64,000 nucleotides of DNA from IMG/VR virus record IMGVR_UViG_3300036800_000031, positions 25,254-89,253 of that record. One strand, written 5' to 3'. Source of the DNA: a virus. The notes beneath the pieces are model-generated. The model searched no databases, had not been told where the DNA came from, and worked only from the letters and a program-made list of their open reading frames with translations. The translations under genes and the position numbers were made by a program. Below, piece by piece: positions 1 through 10,443 of this stretch. Every line of letters starts with the position of its first letter. Positions within the stretch are counted from its first letter, which is position 1.

Positions 1-278
1 CCGTCAGGCCCCAAAAGCACCATGTCCAGCGTTTCTTTGATGTGCCCGACGTCTGTCTGTACCAAACCCAGCTTCTCTTTCAACTGACGGTGGTCCTTTA
101 GCAGTCCAGGCTCCTCATCAAACCCAGGTTCGGCCGGGCGACCGAGAATCGCCTCGTCCAACCTCAGCCGACGCCGCCGCTTCTTGAAGAAGTTACGCGC
201 CCACTTCGCCGCCAGCACCCCGACCGTGATGACCACGGCGAGACTGGCGGCTCCTGCGGAGATAGCTTCACTACTCAC
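1..278 (-). CDS. membrane protein of lysis cassette (3'-partial)
   Basis: Hand-translated ORF MSSEAISAGAASLAVVITVGVLAAKWARNFFKKRRRR... with one N-terminal TM helix, directly downstream of the endolysin; runs off the window edge. Confidence 0.6.
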   Translation of the reverse strand, partial: MSSEAISAGAASLAVVITVGVLAAKWARNFFKKRRRRLRLDEAILGRPAEPGFDEEPGLLKDHRQLKEKLGLVQTDVGHIKETLDMVLLGPD

Positions 279-318
279 AGCCCACACTGAGTGGCTCTCA
301 TGTCCCTGAAGGACCGAG

Positions 319-1176
319 TCAGACTGCCCCGGCGTAGTTCGGCCGGAGATGTCCCGTGGAAGAAGCATCGTCAATCACCCAGGCCAGGGCGGTGTCGGGG
401 TCGCCGCCCCATCCAGGCTTGCCCCAGGCGGTCTGGTCCTTCGGGAGCTTCCAGAAGTAGTCGAAGAACGGGGGAGCGCCGGGAGGCATCGGATCACTGC
501 GGATCGTTGCCCACCAGAAGCGCATCTGAGCCTGGACGGCTCCGGAGTCGGTACAACCGGTCGGGATCATGAACACACTTCCTTGGATGGTTGGAGCGGG
601 AACAGCGAAGACGGCTTCGAACTGAGCCTCCGAGCCGCAAAAGATGTTCATGTCGAACACCCCTGCTGCGCCAGGGATAACCCCGTCACTCGCGTATTGG
701 TGGATGATGCTGGGGAAAGCAACATTGCCGGGCTGGCCGTTATATTCGGCGAGCCAGAGGCCGATGGACTGGTCGTAGCCTTCGGCCGCTTCCGACTGGT
801 TGAGGTACTGGATTGCCGGGTGTTGGGCGATCAGGCCCTTCAAGTGTTGGATGTAGGCCGCTTCGCTCAGCCCGTCCGGAAGCTCATCGTCATCGAACTG
901 AGGCACCCCGGAGACGACGTTGTTGTAGGTGCCCTCCTCGCCTCCAGGGTCCGCTGTCCCCTCATCCATCAGGTATCCGCCGACAGCGAACCCGGCAGCC
1001 TTAAAGGCCATGATGTCGCTGACTGCGTAGGGGTTCACATAGCCGGTGCCCTGGTTCACCTTGACGATGGCGAAGGGCTGACCTCCGCCCCCCAGCCTCT
1101 CTAGCTCCGCCTTGATCGCGTCGATGTTGAGGGGGTGGGCGTTGTTGCTGGAAACGTCCACGCCGTAGTGACTCAT
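319..1176 (-). CDS. endolysin, GH25 muramidase-like
   Basis: GVDVS N-terminal motif, KVNQGTGYVNP, LWLAEY, HQY and FDMN motifs typical of GH25; position after tail genes. Confidence 0.85.
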   Translation of the reverse strand: MSHYGVDVSSNNAHPLNIDAIKAELERLGGGGQPFAIVKVNQGTGYVNPYAVSDIMAFKAAGFAVGGYLMDEGTADPGGEEGTYNNVVSGVPQFDDDELPDGLSEAAYIQHLKGLIAQHPAIQYLNQSEAAEGYDQSIGLWLAEYNGQPGNVAFPSIIHQYASDGVIPGAAGVFDMNIFCGSEAQFEAVFAVPAPTIQGSVFMIPTGCTDSGAVQAQMRFWWATIRSDPMPPGAPPFFDYFWKLPKDQTAWGKPGWGGDPDTALAWVIDDASSTGHLRPNYAGAV

Positions 1177-1183
1177 GAGCCTG

Positions 1184-1218
1184 AGACTATTCGGCGGAGG
1201 GGTAGAGGCCTTGGGATA
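1184..1218 (-). promoter_or_regulatory. putative late promoter TATCCC-N23-TAGTCT, leaderless start of endolysin
   Basis: Motif with identical 23-nt spacing recurs five times before late genes; ATG 7 nt after the -10. Confidence 0.6.
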
Positions 1219-1224
1219 GGGGAC

Positions 1225-2082
1225 TTACAGCGCCCGGATAATCCACTGAGCGGCCAGGTAGGGGGTCATGTTGTTCATGGCCGTTCCCCTTCCGACCGCC
1301 GAGACTGTCACGCTGTGGACGTGGAGAGCTGTCTCATTGTCGGTAACGGCTTCGGCGACCCGGAAAGTGCTGCTCAGGGCACCAAGAGCGAAGTTGCCCC
1401 CTCCGGTACCGGGAGCGGCCTGGTACACGTCGTCACGGGTGTCGGCGGTGTGAGCGTGGGCCTGGCTCTCCGTCCCCGTCGAAGCGGGGTGGGAGTGGGT
1501 AGGCATTTCCCCGGTGACCATCGTGTGGTTCTGCTCACCGCCTACCGACCCGAGCGGCAAGTTCGGCTGGGTGTTGCTGCCGCCTATGCCGCCGGTTCCA
1601 GCGATCATCCGGCCCCGAGCGTCGGGGAGAGTGGTCCCACCGAGTGAGGCCATCAAGTCGGGATAGGTGGTGCCGCTGAAGGTGCTGCCGTCCATGAGGA
1701 GCCAGTTGGTCGGGACCGTTGACCCGTGGAAGGGGACACTGGCCCCGATAGGCACCAGTCCGAACGTCCCTCCCGCAATCGAAGTCGCCAAGGCTCCGTC
1801 CACCACCATGCGAGTCCCGAACAGGTGGAGCTCAACAACCGAGTCCACCGAAACGACGACGTGAGCCAGGCGGTCACAAGTGACGGCCGTCGTAGCACCG
1901 TTTATTTCCACCTGGAGGGTTCCATCGGCGTTGAGGGCGGTAACTACCCCTCGGGCGAACTGAACGTCTGTAGGGGTCGGTGGGACCGGCGTAGGGGCCG
2001 CTGGGGCACCAGCGATGATCTTCGCCAAGGCACTCGTAGCCGCGCTGGGAGCGTTCGAGGGAGTAACGGGGGGCATGGTCAT
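1225..2082 (-). CDS. tail fiber / tail collar domain protein
   Basis: VPIG...P.NWLLMDGS..S...YPDL...LPDARGR collar motif; HSH/HAH/HVH repeats; NNMTPY...WIIRA C-terminus. Confidence 0.85.
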   Translation of the reverse strand: MTMPPVTPSNAPSAATSALAKIIAGAPAAPTPVPPTPTDVQFARGVVTALNADGTLQVEINGATTAVTCDRLAHVVVSVDSVVELHLFGTRMVVDGALATSIAGGTFGLVPIGASVPFHGSTVPTNWLLMDGSTFSGTTYPDLMASLGGTTLPDARGRMIAGTGGIGGSNTQPNLPLGSVGGEQNHTMVTGEMPTHSHPASTGTESQAHAHTADTRDDVYQAAPGTGGGNFALGALSSTFRVAEAVTDNETALHVHSVTVSAVGRGTAMNNMTPYLAAQWIIRAL

Positions 2083-3380
2083 ACGAAGACCGATCCAGTG
2101 ATCTGCCGACGGGGCTTGCAGGTCACCTGCATAGCGGAACTGACATCCAAGGGGATTGTGTATTTCTGAATGATGTAGGTGCCGCCAATACCCATTCTCT
2201 CTCGGAGGAGTTCGACAATGTCACCTTCCCAAAGGGCCGGGTTCGGGACACACTGAAATGTCGGTGTGTCGAAGGCGGTGAGGATGAGTTGGAGTTGGGC
2301 GTAGGCAGCAGAGTCGATCTTCGCCTGGGCTTGGAGGGCCGTATCCGGCAGGGCCGTCACCCCGGTGCTACTGAAGCCGGGAATGGCCTGAGTCTCGAAG
2401 ATGTAGGGGACCGGGCCGATGGTGCTCAGCGTCGGGTGAGCCGGGTCGTAGTAGCTGGGACTGGTCGGATCGGTATTCCAAACTTCCCCTTGGACGGGTG
2501 GAGCGTTCCCCCCGGCTCCGGTGCCGATGGCGATAACCCCGCTGTAGGTTTGGGTCTCGTCCAGGGTGTTGTCCATTTCTACAACCGTGCAGTTCTGCCC
2601 TTCTTCGTAGGACAGCGGGAAGACGGTCTTTGTGAAGGTCGGATTGCCCAGTTGGTCGGTGGTGGCGAGCGGTTGCATCACCACTTGGCCTTGCGTCCCG
2701 AAGAACAGTTCCATCCCTCCGGCAGCGGCGAGAGTTTGAGCATCGGCCCACGGGTCGTTACTGCTCGAAAGTGCAGCCCCGAAGGTAGTCGTGGGAACCA
2801 CAACTGATTGGCCTGAGTTGATGTATCCGGGGGGAATCGGATTGGTCGGGGTAACGGAGAAGTTGAGAACCTCAGCAGGAAGCCAACGATTCGACAGCAA
2901 GGATTCTACCGCTTGGGCGAGGTCAGTCCCCGAAACAATCTGGTAGGGGGCCGTCCATTTGAGCCGACTAATCTCGGCTGCCCGGTCACTCCCTTTGATG
3001 TCAATGGTGATTTGGTCACCCGTGTCAGTGACCTTCGGCTGAGACATCCTGAACACACCAAGGCTGCACATATCCGAAGACCCGTCGGAGTATTGGAAAC
3101 CCCGGAAGACGTGAAGCTCATTCCCCGACAACGGGTGGAGAAGGTCGGTCGGGTCTTTTGGAATGTAGCTGTCCAACGACCTTCCCCGGCTGACCAGTTG
3201 AAGCGTCAGGGTGGCGCGGGTGGACGCGGTGGAATCCCTCGTGACCGATCCGCTCAGGACGTTGGGAAGCGACTGGAGGAAGGTGGTGCCGTGATATACG
3301 TCCACCCGCACCACTCGGGTCTGGTTGGTGTCAGAGAGGGCAGCAAGGTATCGAGGGGTAAGCCCTAGCGGATCGGGCAT
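2079..3380 (-). CDS. minor tail protein (DUF5047-like)
   Basis: GSVTRD...R.TL.L, G.EL.V.RG..Y, PNPAL..GD motifs; position in tail module. Confidence 0.7.
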   Translation of the reverse strand: MPDPLGLTPRYLAALSDTNQTRVVRVDVYHGTTFLQSLPNVLSGSVTRDSTASTRATLTLQLVSRGRSLDSYIPKDPTDLLHPLSGNELHVFRGFQYSDGSSDMCSLGVFRMSQPKVTDTGDQITIDIKGSDRAAEISRLKWTAPYQIVSGTDLAQAVESLLSNRWLPAEVLNFSVTPTNPIPPGYINSGQSVVVPTTTFGAALSSSNDPWADAQTLAAAGGMELFFGTQGQVVMQPLATTDQLGNPTFTKTVFPLSYEEGQNCTVVEMDNTLDETQTYSGVIAIGTGAGGNAPPVQGEVWNTDPTSPSYYDPAHPTLSTIGPVPYIFETQAIPGFSSTGVTALPDTALQAQAKIDSAAYAQLQLILTAFDTPTFQCVPNPALWEGDIVELLRERMGIGGTYIIQKYTIPLDVSSAMQVTCKPRRQITGSVFV

Positions 3381-3381
3381 C

Positions 3382-6300
3382 TCAGGGCTTGTCCTGCGGG
3401 ATGCACACCACGATCACTTCAGTCATCGACTGAGGGGTGGTCCGGTCAGCCCCGGTGTACATGTCTCGCGGACGGTTCGGCCCGAGGGCGATGTAGTAAA
3501 GCTCTCCCGGCATGTCCGAGCGGAAACACAAAGTGACCCGCCGCTTGCGGAGAGCGTCGAAGGCTTCCCAATCTGCAAGGCTCCCGAACCACAATGCGAG
3601 ATCGAAACTCGGGGAGTAAAGGTCTCCTCTGACCAACACGGTGCTCACCCGGCCGAACGGCTGGAACGAACCTTGTTGTTCGATCTGGTCAATCTCATGG
3701 CTCAACCGGATACCACTTGCCGTAGATCCCACTCGGCTTGACGTCCGATAGAGGGGGATAGCCCCAGGGTTTCCGTCAGCGTCGAGTCCGGGGCTTAGCG
3801 GGTCTACCAACCAAGGCCGGTCGGTCTCCAGAGAGTTTGCCTTCACGATTGACCAGTTGGAAGCGACCGACTGACCGAACTCCTGGCCTATCGTCCGGCA
3901 TCGGTAGTAACGCTGGATGGCGAACGGCCCTTCGTAATCGGTCCCGTAGGTGGTCTGATCCGGCTCATTGATCAATCCAACATCTCGGATGTCGGCCCAC
4001 GTGATGAGGTCGGCGCTGCCCTGCATTTCGACGGTCGTGGCCTGATTGGCGAAGCCGCCTATGGACCACCGTTGAACCTGTGAAGTCTTAGAGTCCTTCG
4101 CTGCCTTGTAGTGGTCGAACACCTGGGTGTCGGTGAGGACCGTCGGGTAGATTGCGATGTTCCCCAGCGTCCCCTTTTGGAAGCCGATATGGCTAACCCC
4201 GATTCGGGCGTTGAACGTAGCCCCGCCCACGGTTCCAGAGAACGTAGCCGCCGCCGCTTGAACCCCGTCGATGTAGAGAATCTGGTGGCCGCTGGTATGG
4301 GTAGCAACGATGTGGTGACGTCCGAGGGTGATGGGCGCAGAGACCTGAGAAGAAGTAGAAATCCCCACCAAGAACAGTATTTCGTCAGCGTTTTGGAGGA
4401 GCCACCAACCGGCTTCGCCAGCACCCCCGGCCGGGTTACCGGTGCTGATGATCGTTTGGAAGTTAGATCCGCTGATGTCTTCGATGTCCACCCAAGCCTC
4501 AAAGGAGATCACCTGTTGGCCCAGCGGCAGTGCGGTCTGGATGAAGCCGCTAGTTCCATCGAACTTCGCTCCGGTTTCGCCGGGGAAGGCTTCGATAAAC
4601 CCCTGCTTCCCGAAAGTGATCCCGCCCATGACCGCACCGGCCCCGGCCGAGCCACAAAGATCGGTCACCGTTGTTGAGAAGGGAACGTCGTCCAGGGGCC
4701 AGTAGTTGGAAGGCCCATCGTTGAGGATCGTCAGGTCGTAGCCCAACGTGCCGGGGAAGATTCCACAGGTGTCAGTGTTGTGGATTTCACCTCCCGAGAC
4801 AGAAACGTCGTCAATCTGGATCAACAAGCGGGCAAAAGCCGCCCCGCCCGGAGCTTCGGCTTCCAAGAAGGGAAATACCCAATCAACCAGCCCGTCGGTG
4901 TACCCGTCCCCGTTGTTGATAGAGAGCAGCGTGAAGGAACTGTCGTACCAGTAGATATTGACGTGGACCACGCGGGCAATGGTCGCCGCCAGCATCGCCG
5001 CCATAGCCGTGTACATCTGCCCGGGGACGACGGCGTACTCACCAGCGATGGCGTAGGCAGCACCGTCAACCCCTCCAATGATCTCCATTGAAGCGGTCCC
5101 ATCGAGAGACACCGTGGTCGAAGGGGCGAGCGTGCAACCGATGTACGGTGCCCAACTCCCCAGCCCCAACTCGAAGGTGGAATCTTCGGCACTCATGATG
5201 TTGTCGATACCGATGGAAGTCAGGGCGGTGATAGGGCACCCGGTCGATGAATCCGTCTCGGCTGCGGTGAGGAGTGAGGGAGTGGCCGGAGAATCGAACT
5301 TCACTGTGAAGATTCGGCTTCCGAACAGCGAAGAAATCCCACCCGTCTCGGTGACCCTCACATAGACGACGTAGGTAATGTCGGTTTGGAGGTTCACTGA
5401 TGAAAGAACCGCAGAGTTGGCCGCAGTGGTCCCGGCGAAGTCGGTGATCAACCCCGCAGATTGTTGAGGGTTGAACCCTGTTTTCAGAGTGGTTGACAGT
5501 TCGTAGACGTACCCGTCGTATCCGATCTGGCTCAGCCCGGCCCCCAAACTCGCCGCCCAAGTCACCGTCGGGTTGCTGGTGCGGACGGGGGAGGGGGGAC
5601 CCGTCACGTTCACGACGGGTCGGGGAACGGCGAAGAAGATGGAGTCGGAGGCGAAGGGGCCTTGAAGGTCGTGGTAGCTCTCCTGGGTGGCTACCGACCA
5701 GTTGTAGGTCACTCCGTCGGCCAGGAGGCCAGCCGGGATCGTGAAGTGGTAGATGCTGCCGAGGTCATCCACCGGCATCGGCCACGTCCCCGGCGGTGAA
5801 CTGACAAAGCTCGTTCCGTTCCAGTAGAGGTAACTGCCACCCGCTTGTTTGATTCGCAACAGGGCACCGTTGAGAAGGCCGGAGTCGGTGCCCTTCTGAG
5901 CAGTGAACTGAAAGCTCATCCCGAGGTTGGAGTCCTCGTAGGTACCGCTGGCCGGTGCGTTGAGAACGGGGGCAAAGGGAGCGTCGGCCGTGACGTAGGT
6001 GATGATGATGTAGGGGGAGATGGCGTTCGATCCGTCGAAGGAACCTTCCAGCGTTACGGAGCCGTGAACGAACGACCATCCACCACCACCGCCACCGGCC
6101 GCGCTTCCCGGGGTTCCACCACCACCACCGCCTCCGCCGCCATACCAACCGCCGCCACCGCCGCCGCCGCCACCGCCGCCGGTCGTGCCCGAAGCTCCGG
6201 CTCCCCCGCCGCCACCGCCACTGACTCCAGCCGCTCCGGCCGTAGCCCCACCGCTGGTTACCCCGCCCGCTCCGTTCGCCGGGTGACCGCCCGCCCCACC

Positions 6301-6792
6301 GCCTCCACCGAAGTTGCTGACGCCTTGGCCGTTGGTTCCCGGCTGACTCCCGATCTGCCCGCCCCCACCGCCGAAGCCCCCCTGATACCCCGGAGACCCG
6401 GCGAACGGCCGCGAGGCCCCACCGCCTCCTCCTCCTCCTCCTCCGGCCGCTTCGATCAGGATGACCGCCGTTGAGCTTATGCAAGCCGCAGAAGCCCCCC
6501 CAATGCCCCCGTATCCCCCGTTAGCCGTCCCGCCGCCGGTTCCGGTGCCAGGGGTGCCTCCCGCCCCCCCGGCCCAGTGGGCGACGTTACAGGTGATGAA
6601 GTCACCGATGGAGAGCGGGATGAACCCGACGAGGGTGCTTCCGTTGCCGGGGGGTGCGGCTGCATCGGCGGTGGTTGGTTGGCCCGGTTGACCCACCCCC
6701 CCGCGCACGCTCGCCAGAACCCCTCCGTCGATCATGTTGGCGGGGGCAGTGAAGGTGCCGTCGGCGATGAAGGTTCGGTTGTTGGTGGTCAT
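3382..6792 (-). CDS. minor tail protein with glycine-rich, FN3/Ig-like, CBM-like and LamG/ConA-like domains
   Basis: Gly-rich N-terminus; STFELGLGSW CBM-like segment; YWPLDD...FEAWV...HHIVAT...LYIDG LamG signature; follows tape measure. Confidence 0.75.
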   Translation of the reverse strand: MTTNNRTFIADGTFTAPANMIDGGVLASVRGGVGQPGQPTTADAAAPPGNGSTLVGFIPLSIGDFITCNVAHWAGGAGGTPGTGTGGGTANGGYGGIGGASAACISSTAVILIEAAGGGGGGGGGASRPFAGSPGYQGGFGGGGGQIGSQPGTNGQGVSNFGGGGGAGGHPANGAGGVTSGGATAGAAGVSGGGGGGAGASGTTGGGGGGGGGGGWYGGGGGGGGGTPGSAAGGGGGGWSFVHGSVTLEGSFDGSNAISPYIIITYVTADAPFAPVLNAPASGTYEDSNLGMSFQFTAQKGTDSGLLNGALLRIKQAGGSYLYWNGTSFVSSPPGTWPMPVDDLGSIYHFTIPAGLLADGVTYNWSVATQESYHDLQGPFASDSIFFAVPRPVVNVTGPPSPVRTSNPTVTWAASLGAGLSQIGYDGYVYELSTTLKTGFNPQQSAGLITDFAGTTAANSAVLSSVNLQTDITYVVYVRVTETGGISSLFGSRIFTVKFDSPATPSLLTAAETDSSTGCPITALTSIGIDNIMSAEDSTFELGLGSWAPYIGCTLAPSTTVSLDGTASMEIIGGVDGAAYAIAGEYAVVPGQMYTAMAAMLAATIARVVHVNIYWYDSSFTLLSINNGDGYTDGLVDWVFPFLEAEAPGGAAFARLLIQIDDVSVSGGEIHNTDTCGIFPGTLGYDLTILNDGPSNYWPLDDVPFSTTVTDLCGSAGAGAVMGGITFGKQGFIEAFPGETGAKFDGTSGFIQTALPLGQQVISFEAWVDIEDISGSNFQTIISTGNPAGGAGEAGWWLLQNADEILFLVGISTSSQVSAPITLGRHHIVATHTSGHQILYIDGVQAAAATFSGTVGGATFNARIGVSHIGFQKGTLGNIAIYPTVLTDTQVFDHYKAAKDSKTSQVQRWSIGGFANQATTVEMQGSADLITWADIRDVGLINEPDQTTYGTDYEGPFAIQRYYRCRTIGQEFGQSVASNWSIVKANSLETDRPWLVDPLSPGLDADGNPGAIPLYRTSSRVGSTASGIRLSHEIDQIEQQGSFQPFGRVSTVLVRGDLYSPSFDLALWFGSLADWEAFDALRKRRVTLCFRSDMPGELYYIALGPNRPRDMYTGADRTTPQSMTEVIVVCIPQDKP

Positions 6793-9755
6793 CAGCTGTT
6801 ACCTGTCGAGTGTTGCCCTACGAGTTGGAGAAGCGTTGCGTCGTGCTGGGAAACTGCCGTGTTCAGGGCAGCGGTCAACTCGGCCTGGTTCAGGCCCGAG
6901 CCGTTGATCGTGAATGAGTAGACCGGCTGGTAGTTGAACCCGCTGCTGCCGACTCCCGTAACCGGCGTCCCGAGCACTCCGTCTCCCAAGCGGGGAAGGG
7001 CCGAGTTGGGGATGATCGTCCCGGCGTTCGGGCTAAGGAACAGTTCCGGCCCGTTCTCCCCGACGATGTAGGGCGTGTTCGCATCGACCGGGCCACCGCC
7101 AGCGCGGTGCGGGGCCGGGGCGTCCGGAGCGTTGTTTTGTGCGGGTCCAGGGCCACCGATGGTGGGGATGTCGCTGATGTGCTCGGCGAAGGGAATCTTG
7201 TCGTAGGCGTTGATCAGGGTGTTGATCACTCCGATTACATCGTTGATCAGACTCTTAATGACGTCGATGGCCCCGGAGATCAGAGTCCCGGCGACCGATA
7301 CCGCCGTAGCCATAGCCGACCAAATCTGGTTCCACACGTCCCCGACGTCCTTGATTGCCGCCTTGATTATGTCGAGGCCAAGCGTCTTGATAAATCCAAA
7401 AATGGGACCCATGATCCCCCACGCGATATTGAGGGCTCCGGAGATCACCGGCCACACGGCATTCCAGACATCGCGCAGGAACCCGATCTCGTCCTTGATG
7501 ATGTCGATGCCCAAGGTCTTGATAAACCCGAACACCGGGGCCATGATCGCCCAGGTCGCCGACAGGATCGTGCTGATTACCGACCAGGCCACGTTCCACA
7601 AGTCACGGAAAATCCCGAGAGCCTCTTTCACTACGTCGAAGCCCAAGGTGACGAAGAAGTTGAAAATGGGCTTCATGAATGACCAGGCGGCATTCAACAC
7701 CGAACTGATCACCGGCCATATTGCCGACCACACTGCCTGGAAGGCGATAATCGCCAACTCCACCGGGAGCAACGCGATGATCCGGATGGCATCGAAGATC
7801 ACCTTGATGATGTCCCAGGCGATAGTCAGGGTTGTGGTTATCACCGGCCAGATAGCACTCCAGACCGACTTGAAGACATCGAGCACCGGAGGGATCACGG
7901 CCGAGAAAAACCGCTCCAACGGGTGAAATACGTCGTTGTCGATGGCGTGCCAGACGTCATTGGTAATCGAGCGGATTGCCGACCACGCTGCCTGCCAGTG
8001 GACCGCCAGGAGAGCTATCCAGCCGATAGGACCCAACAGCATGAGGACGATTGACCCGAAGCCCGAACGCAGGAACGTGACCGCCTCATCGAACACCTGC
8101 TTGATTTCCGACCACACCTGACGCCAGTGAGTAACCAACTCGGTGATGCCGACCACGAGCAAAGCGATGGCCGTGATAATCAACCCGACCGGGTTGGAAT
8201 CCATAAGACCAACCAGGACGATAGCCAATGCCCCCAACCCAGCCGTCAGGCCACCCAAGAGAGCCGGTGAACCCGCCAGAAAGGCCATGAGCCGACCGAG
8301 TACCCCTATGAAGTTGAGCAACACCATCCCGACCGGGGCGAGAGCGACGGCCAGCTTGCCCACCCCGTCGATCAGCGATACCACGTCCTTCACGATGGTC
8401 GGGCCGTTGGCGATGAACCAGTTGACAAACTTCTGGAATCCGCCGTCGTCAACCCAGTTAAGGAAGATGGCAGTGAGACCTTCAAACCCCTTCTCGAACA
8501 TGGCAATAAGCGGGCCTGACTTCTGCAACATATCCGCGAAGCCCTGACCAAACTGCTCCACCGCCGCCAGGATGGTGTTGATTGCAGGACCGGCTTGGGC
8601 AGCCAGGAAGGAGATGAAGCTCTTGAAGTCCGGCTGTTGAGCGATCAAACCGATCTGCTCGAAAATGTCATGGAACTCCGCCGCCCCGGCTTTGACCAGG
8701 GGGGTGATGTCGTTGAGCAGCGGCATCATGTCGGAGATGGCCGCAGAGAACACCGAGATGATTTCGGGCTGGAACTGCTGGTCCCACTGCATGAAGGCGC
8801 TCTTGGCCTGCATGATCAATCCCACTAGTGAGGCGATTCCGGGGCTGAGGTTCTGAACGTCGCTGGCGAGTTGGGTGATGGCGGTGTTCTTGGCGGTGGT
8901 AGTCGTGGCTCTGGTGATGGCTTGTTGGTCGGCGGTGATCTGCTGCATGGCGGTAGACACCTGAGTGAACACCGGCAACGCCGCCAACCCGAACGCGCCG
9001 ATACCGGCCCCGGCGGCAGTAGCCATTCCTGCGAATCCGATACCGATACCGGCCACGGCCCCGGCCAGCGGAACCAGGGCGGTAGCGAGCAACCCGACCA
9101 GCGGGATCATGGGACTTATCGACCCCGCGCTTTCCTCCAGTGAGGAGGACAATCCACCTGCTCCGCTAGAGGCTCCGTCGAGGGACGAGGTGAGCTTCCC
9201 CAACTCGGAAGATGCGGCTTCAGCGTCCATGACCACGGAGCCGATGTTGGAGTGCTTCTTCAGGTTGTCGAGTCGGGAGGCGAGGTCGTCAACCGTCCTA
9301 CGAGCGTCGGACTCGGTGATGTCTACGTTGATTACCTGGTGGCTCAGCGCCTCCATCTCAGCCTTGATCTCGGCGAGCTTTACCTCATCCTCGGTGGTGT
9401 CCATCCCCACCTTGATGTCAGGAAGGTCTTTGAGTGCAGCGTCCAGGTGGAGCTTGAAGGCGTCGGCGAACTTGCCCCCGGTGGAGCTTCCCTTTTCGGC
9501 GGTAGTGGTGTCGTCCGGGCCTACGGTGGTGTTCTTGGTGGACTCAGCCACCGCCGTCTTGAAGGGGTCAGCGAACTTCTTTCCAGCCTCATCCCCGGTC
9601 GCGGCGACTTGGGTGTCGTCAACGGTGGTGCCGACTTGGACGTTTTCCTCGCCGGTCTGCTCAATGGCCTGGCCCAGCTTTGCCTTCAAGTCCTCCTCGA
9701 AGTAGGACATATCCGGCGTGATGGTGATTGACGCTGATCCAACTTCATCAGCCAT
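6792..9755 (-). CDS. tape measure protein
   Basis: 987 aa, Ala/Gly-rich helical, TM segments, W-spaced repeats, C-terminal RAGGGPV...YIVGENGPELF motif. Confidence 0.93.
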   Translation of the reverse strand: MADEVGSASITITPDMSYFEEDLKAKLGQAIEQTGEENVQVGTTVDDTQVAATGDEAGKKFADPFKTAVAESTKNTTVGPDDTTTAEKGSSTGGKFADAFKLHLDAALKDLPDIKVGMDTTEDEVKLAEIKAEMEALSHQVINVDITESDARRTVDDLASRLDNLKKHSNIGSVVMDAEAASSELGKLTSSLDGASSGAGGLSSSLEESAGSISPMIPLVGLLATALVPLAGAVAGIGIGFAGMATAAGAGIGAFGLAALPVFTQVSTAMQQITADQQAITRATTTTAKNTAITQLASDVQNLSPGIASLVGLIMQAKSAFMQWDQQFQPEIISVFSAAISDMMPLLNDITPLVKAGAAEFHDIFEQIGLIAQQPDFKSFISFLAAQAGPAINTILAAVEQFGQGFADMLQKSGPLIAMFEKGFEGLTAIFLNWVDDGGFQKFVNWFIANGPTIVKDVVSLIDGVGKLAVALAPVGMVLLNFIGVLGRLMAFLAGSPALLGGLTAGLGALAIVLVGLMDSNPVGLIITAIALLVVGITELVTHWRQVWSEIKQVFDEAVTFLRSGFGSIVLMLLGPIGWIALLAVHWQAAWSAIRSITNDVWHAIDNDVFHPLERFFSAVIPPVLDVFKSVWSAIWPVITTTLTIAWDIIKVIFDAIRIIALLPVELAIIAFQAVWSAIWPVISSVLNAAWSFMKPIFNFFVTLGFDVVKEALGIFRDLWNVAWSVISTILSATWAIMAPVFGFIKTLGIDIIKDEIGFLRDVWNAVWPVISGALNIAWGIMGPIFGFIKTLGLDIIKAAIKDVGDVWNQIWSAMATAVSVAGTLISGAIDVIKSLINDVIGVINTLINAYDKIPFAEHISDIPTIGGPGPAQNNAPDAPAPHRAGGGPVDANTPYIVGENGPELFLSPNAGTIIPNSALPRLGDGVLGTPVTGVGSSGFNYQPVYSFTINGSGLNQAELTAALNTAVSQHDATLLQLVGQHSTGNS

Positions 9756-10120
9756 TACTCACCACCTCCCATTTTGCTGTTGACGTTGGCGACGAAGGCC
9801 GCTATGTCCGTGACGGTGGCGAGGTCGCCTTCTTCCAGTTCGCCTTCGTCCTCGTCCGGCTGGCCCTGGTGCATGTCCAGGGCGTCGTAGAAGTCATCCA
9901 GGAAGTGAGGCTGGGGAACACCCTCCCCCCGGTTCTCCATGAGGAGAACGTCGGCCCGCTCAGCCCGGTCGGCCAAGAGCGCATAGGCGGCGGACAAGAC
10001 CGCCTCCGCGCTTAGCTTGCTCGGCGGGAGCGTTTGGCCTGAGAGGACGAGCCGCCCCCGGAAGTACGTGCGCTCGGTCGCCGCCCAGTGGGTGAGATAC
10101 CAGGCGGCTCGGTAGGGACC
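9755..10120 (-). CDS. tail assembly chaperone, -1 frameshifted C-terminal part (gpT-like)
   Basis: The -1 frame is open from near GGGGTCCCTAC to 9755 (PYRAAWYLTHWAATERTYFRGRL...), abutting the tape measure start. Confidence 0.7.
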   Translation of the reverse strand, partial: GPYRAAWYLTHWAATERTYFRGRLVLSGQTLPPSKLSAEAVLSAAYALLADRAERADVLLMENRGEGVPQPHFLDDFYDALDMHQGQPDEDEGELEEGDLATVTDIAAFVANVNSKMGGGE

Positions 10121-10443
10121 CCGAACACTTCCTCAGCGACCGTTTTCGCCAACTCCGAGAACCGCTTGTAGGTCATGGGGCCTTGCTTGTCCTGCTTCAT
10201 CGCCATGAAGTCTTCGACTTCATCGGGGAACAGGACCGCCTCGAACAAGGTGTCCACGTTCATCACGACGGCGGAAACGTCACCGCTTCCTTGGGCCTTG
10301 AAGAACTCCTCGATGATCGGCCAGGGGATTTCGTCACTGCCCTTGCAGTGCCAAGTTCGGCCCCCGATGTTGAAGGTCATGGAAGGCTCGTCCGAAGCCT
10401 CAATGGCGTCAAGGTCGAGATGGGGAATCGAGTTCACGCTCAT
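10012..10443 (-). CDS. tail assembly chaperone (gpG-like)
   Basis: ATGA overlap with major tail stop; between major tail and tape measure; low-complexity tail after the putative shift site. Confidence 0.75.
   Translation of the reverse strand: MSVNSIPHLDLDAIEASDEPSMTFNIGGRTWHCKGSDEIPWPIIEEFFKAQGSGDVSAVVMNVDTLFEAVLFPDEVEDFMAMKQDKQGPMTYKRFSELAKTVAEEVFGVPTEPPGISPTGRRPSARTSGGGSSSQAKRSRRAS

Noticed and set aside
6070-6450. CCG/CCA triplet repeat tract
   Set aside because: Poly-glycine coding sequence of the minor tail protein
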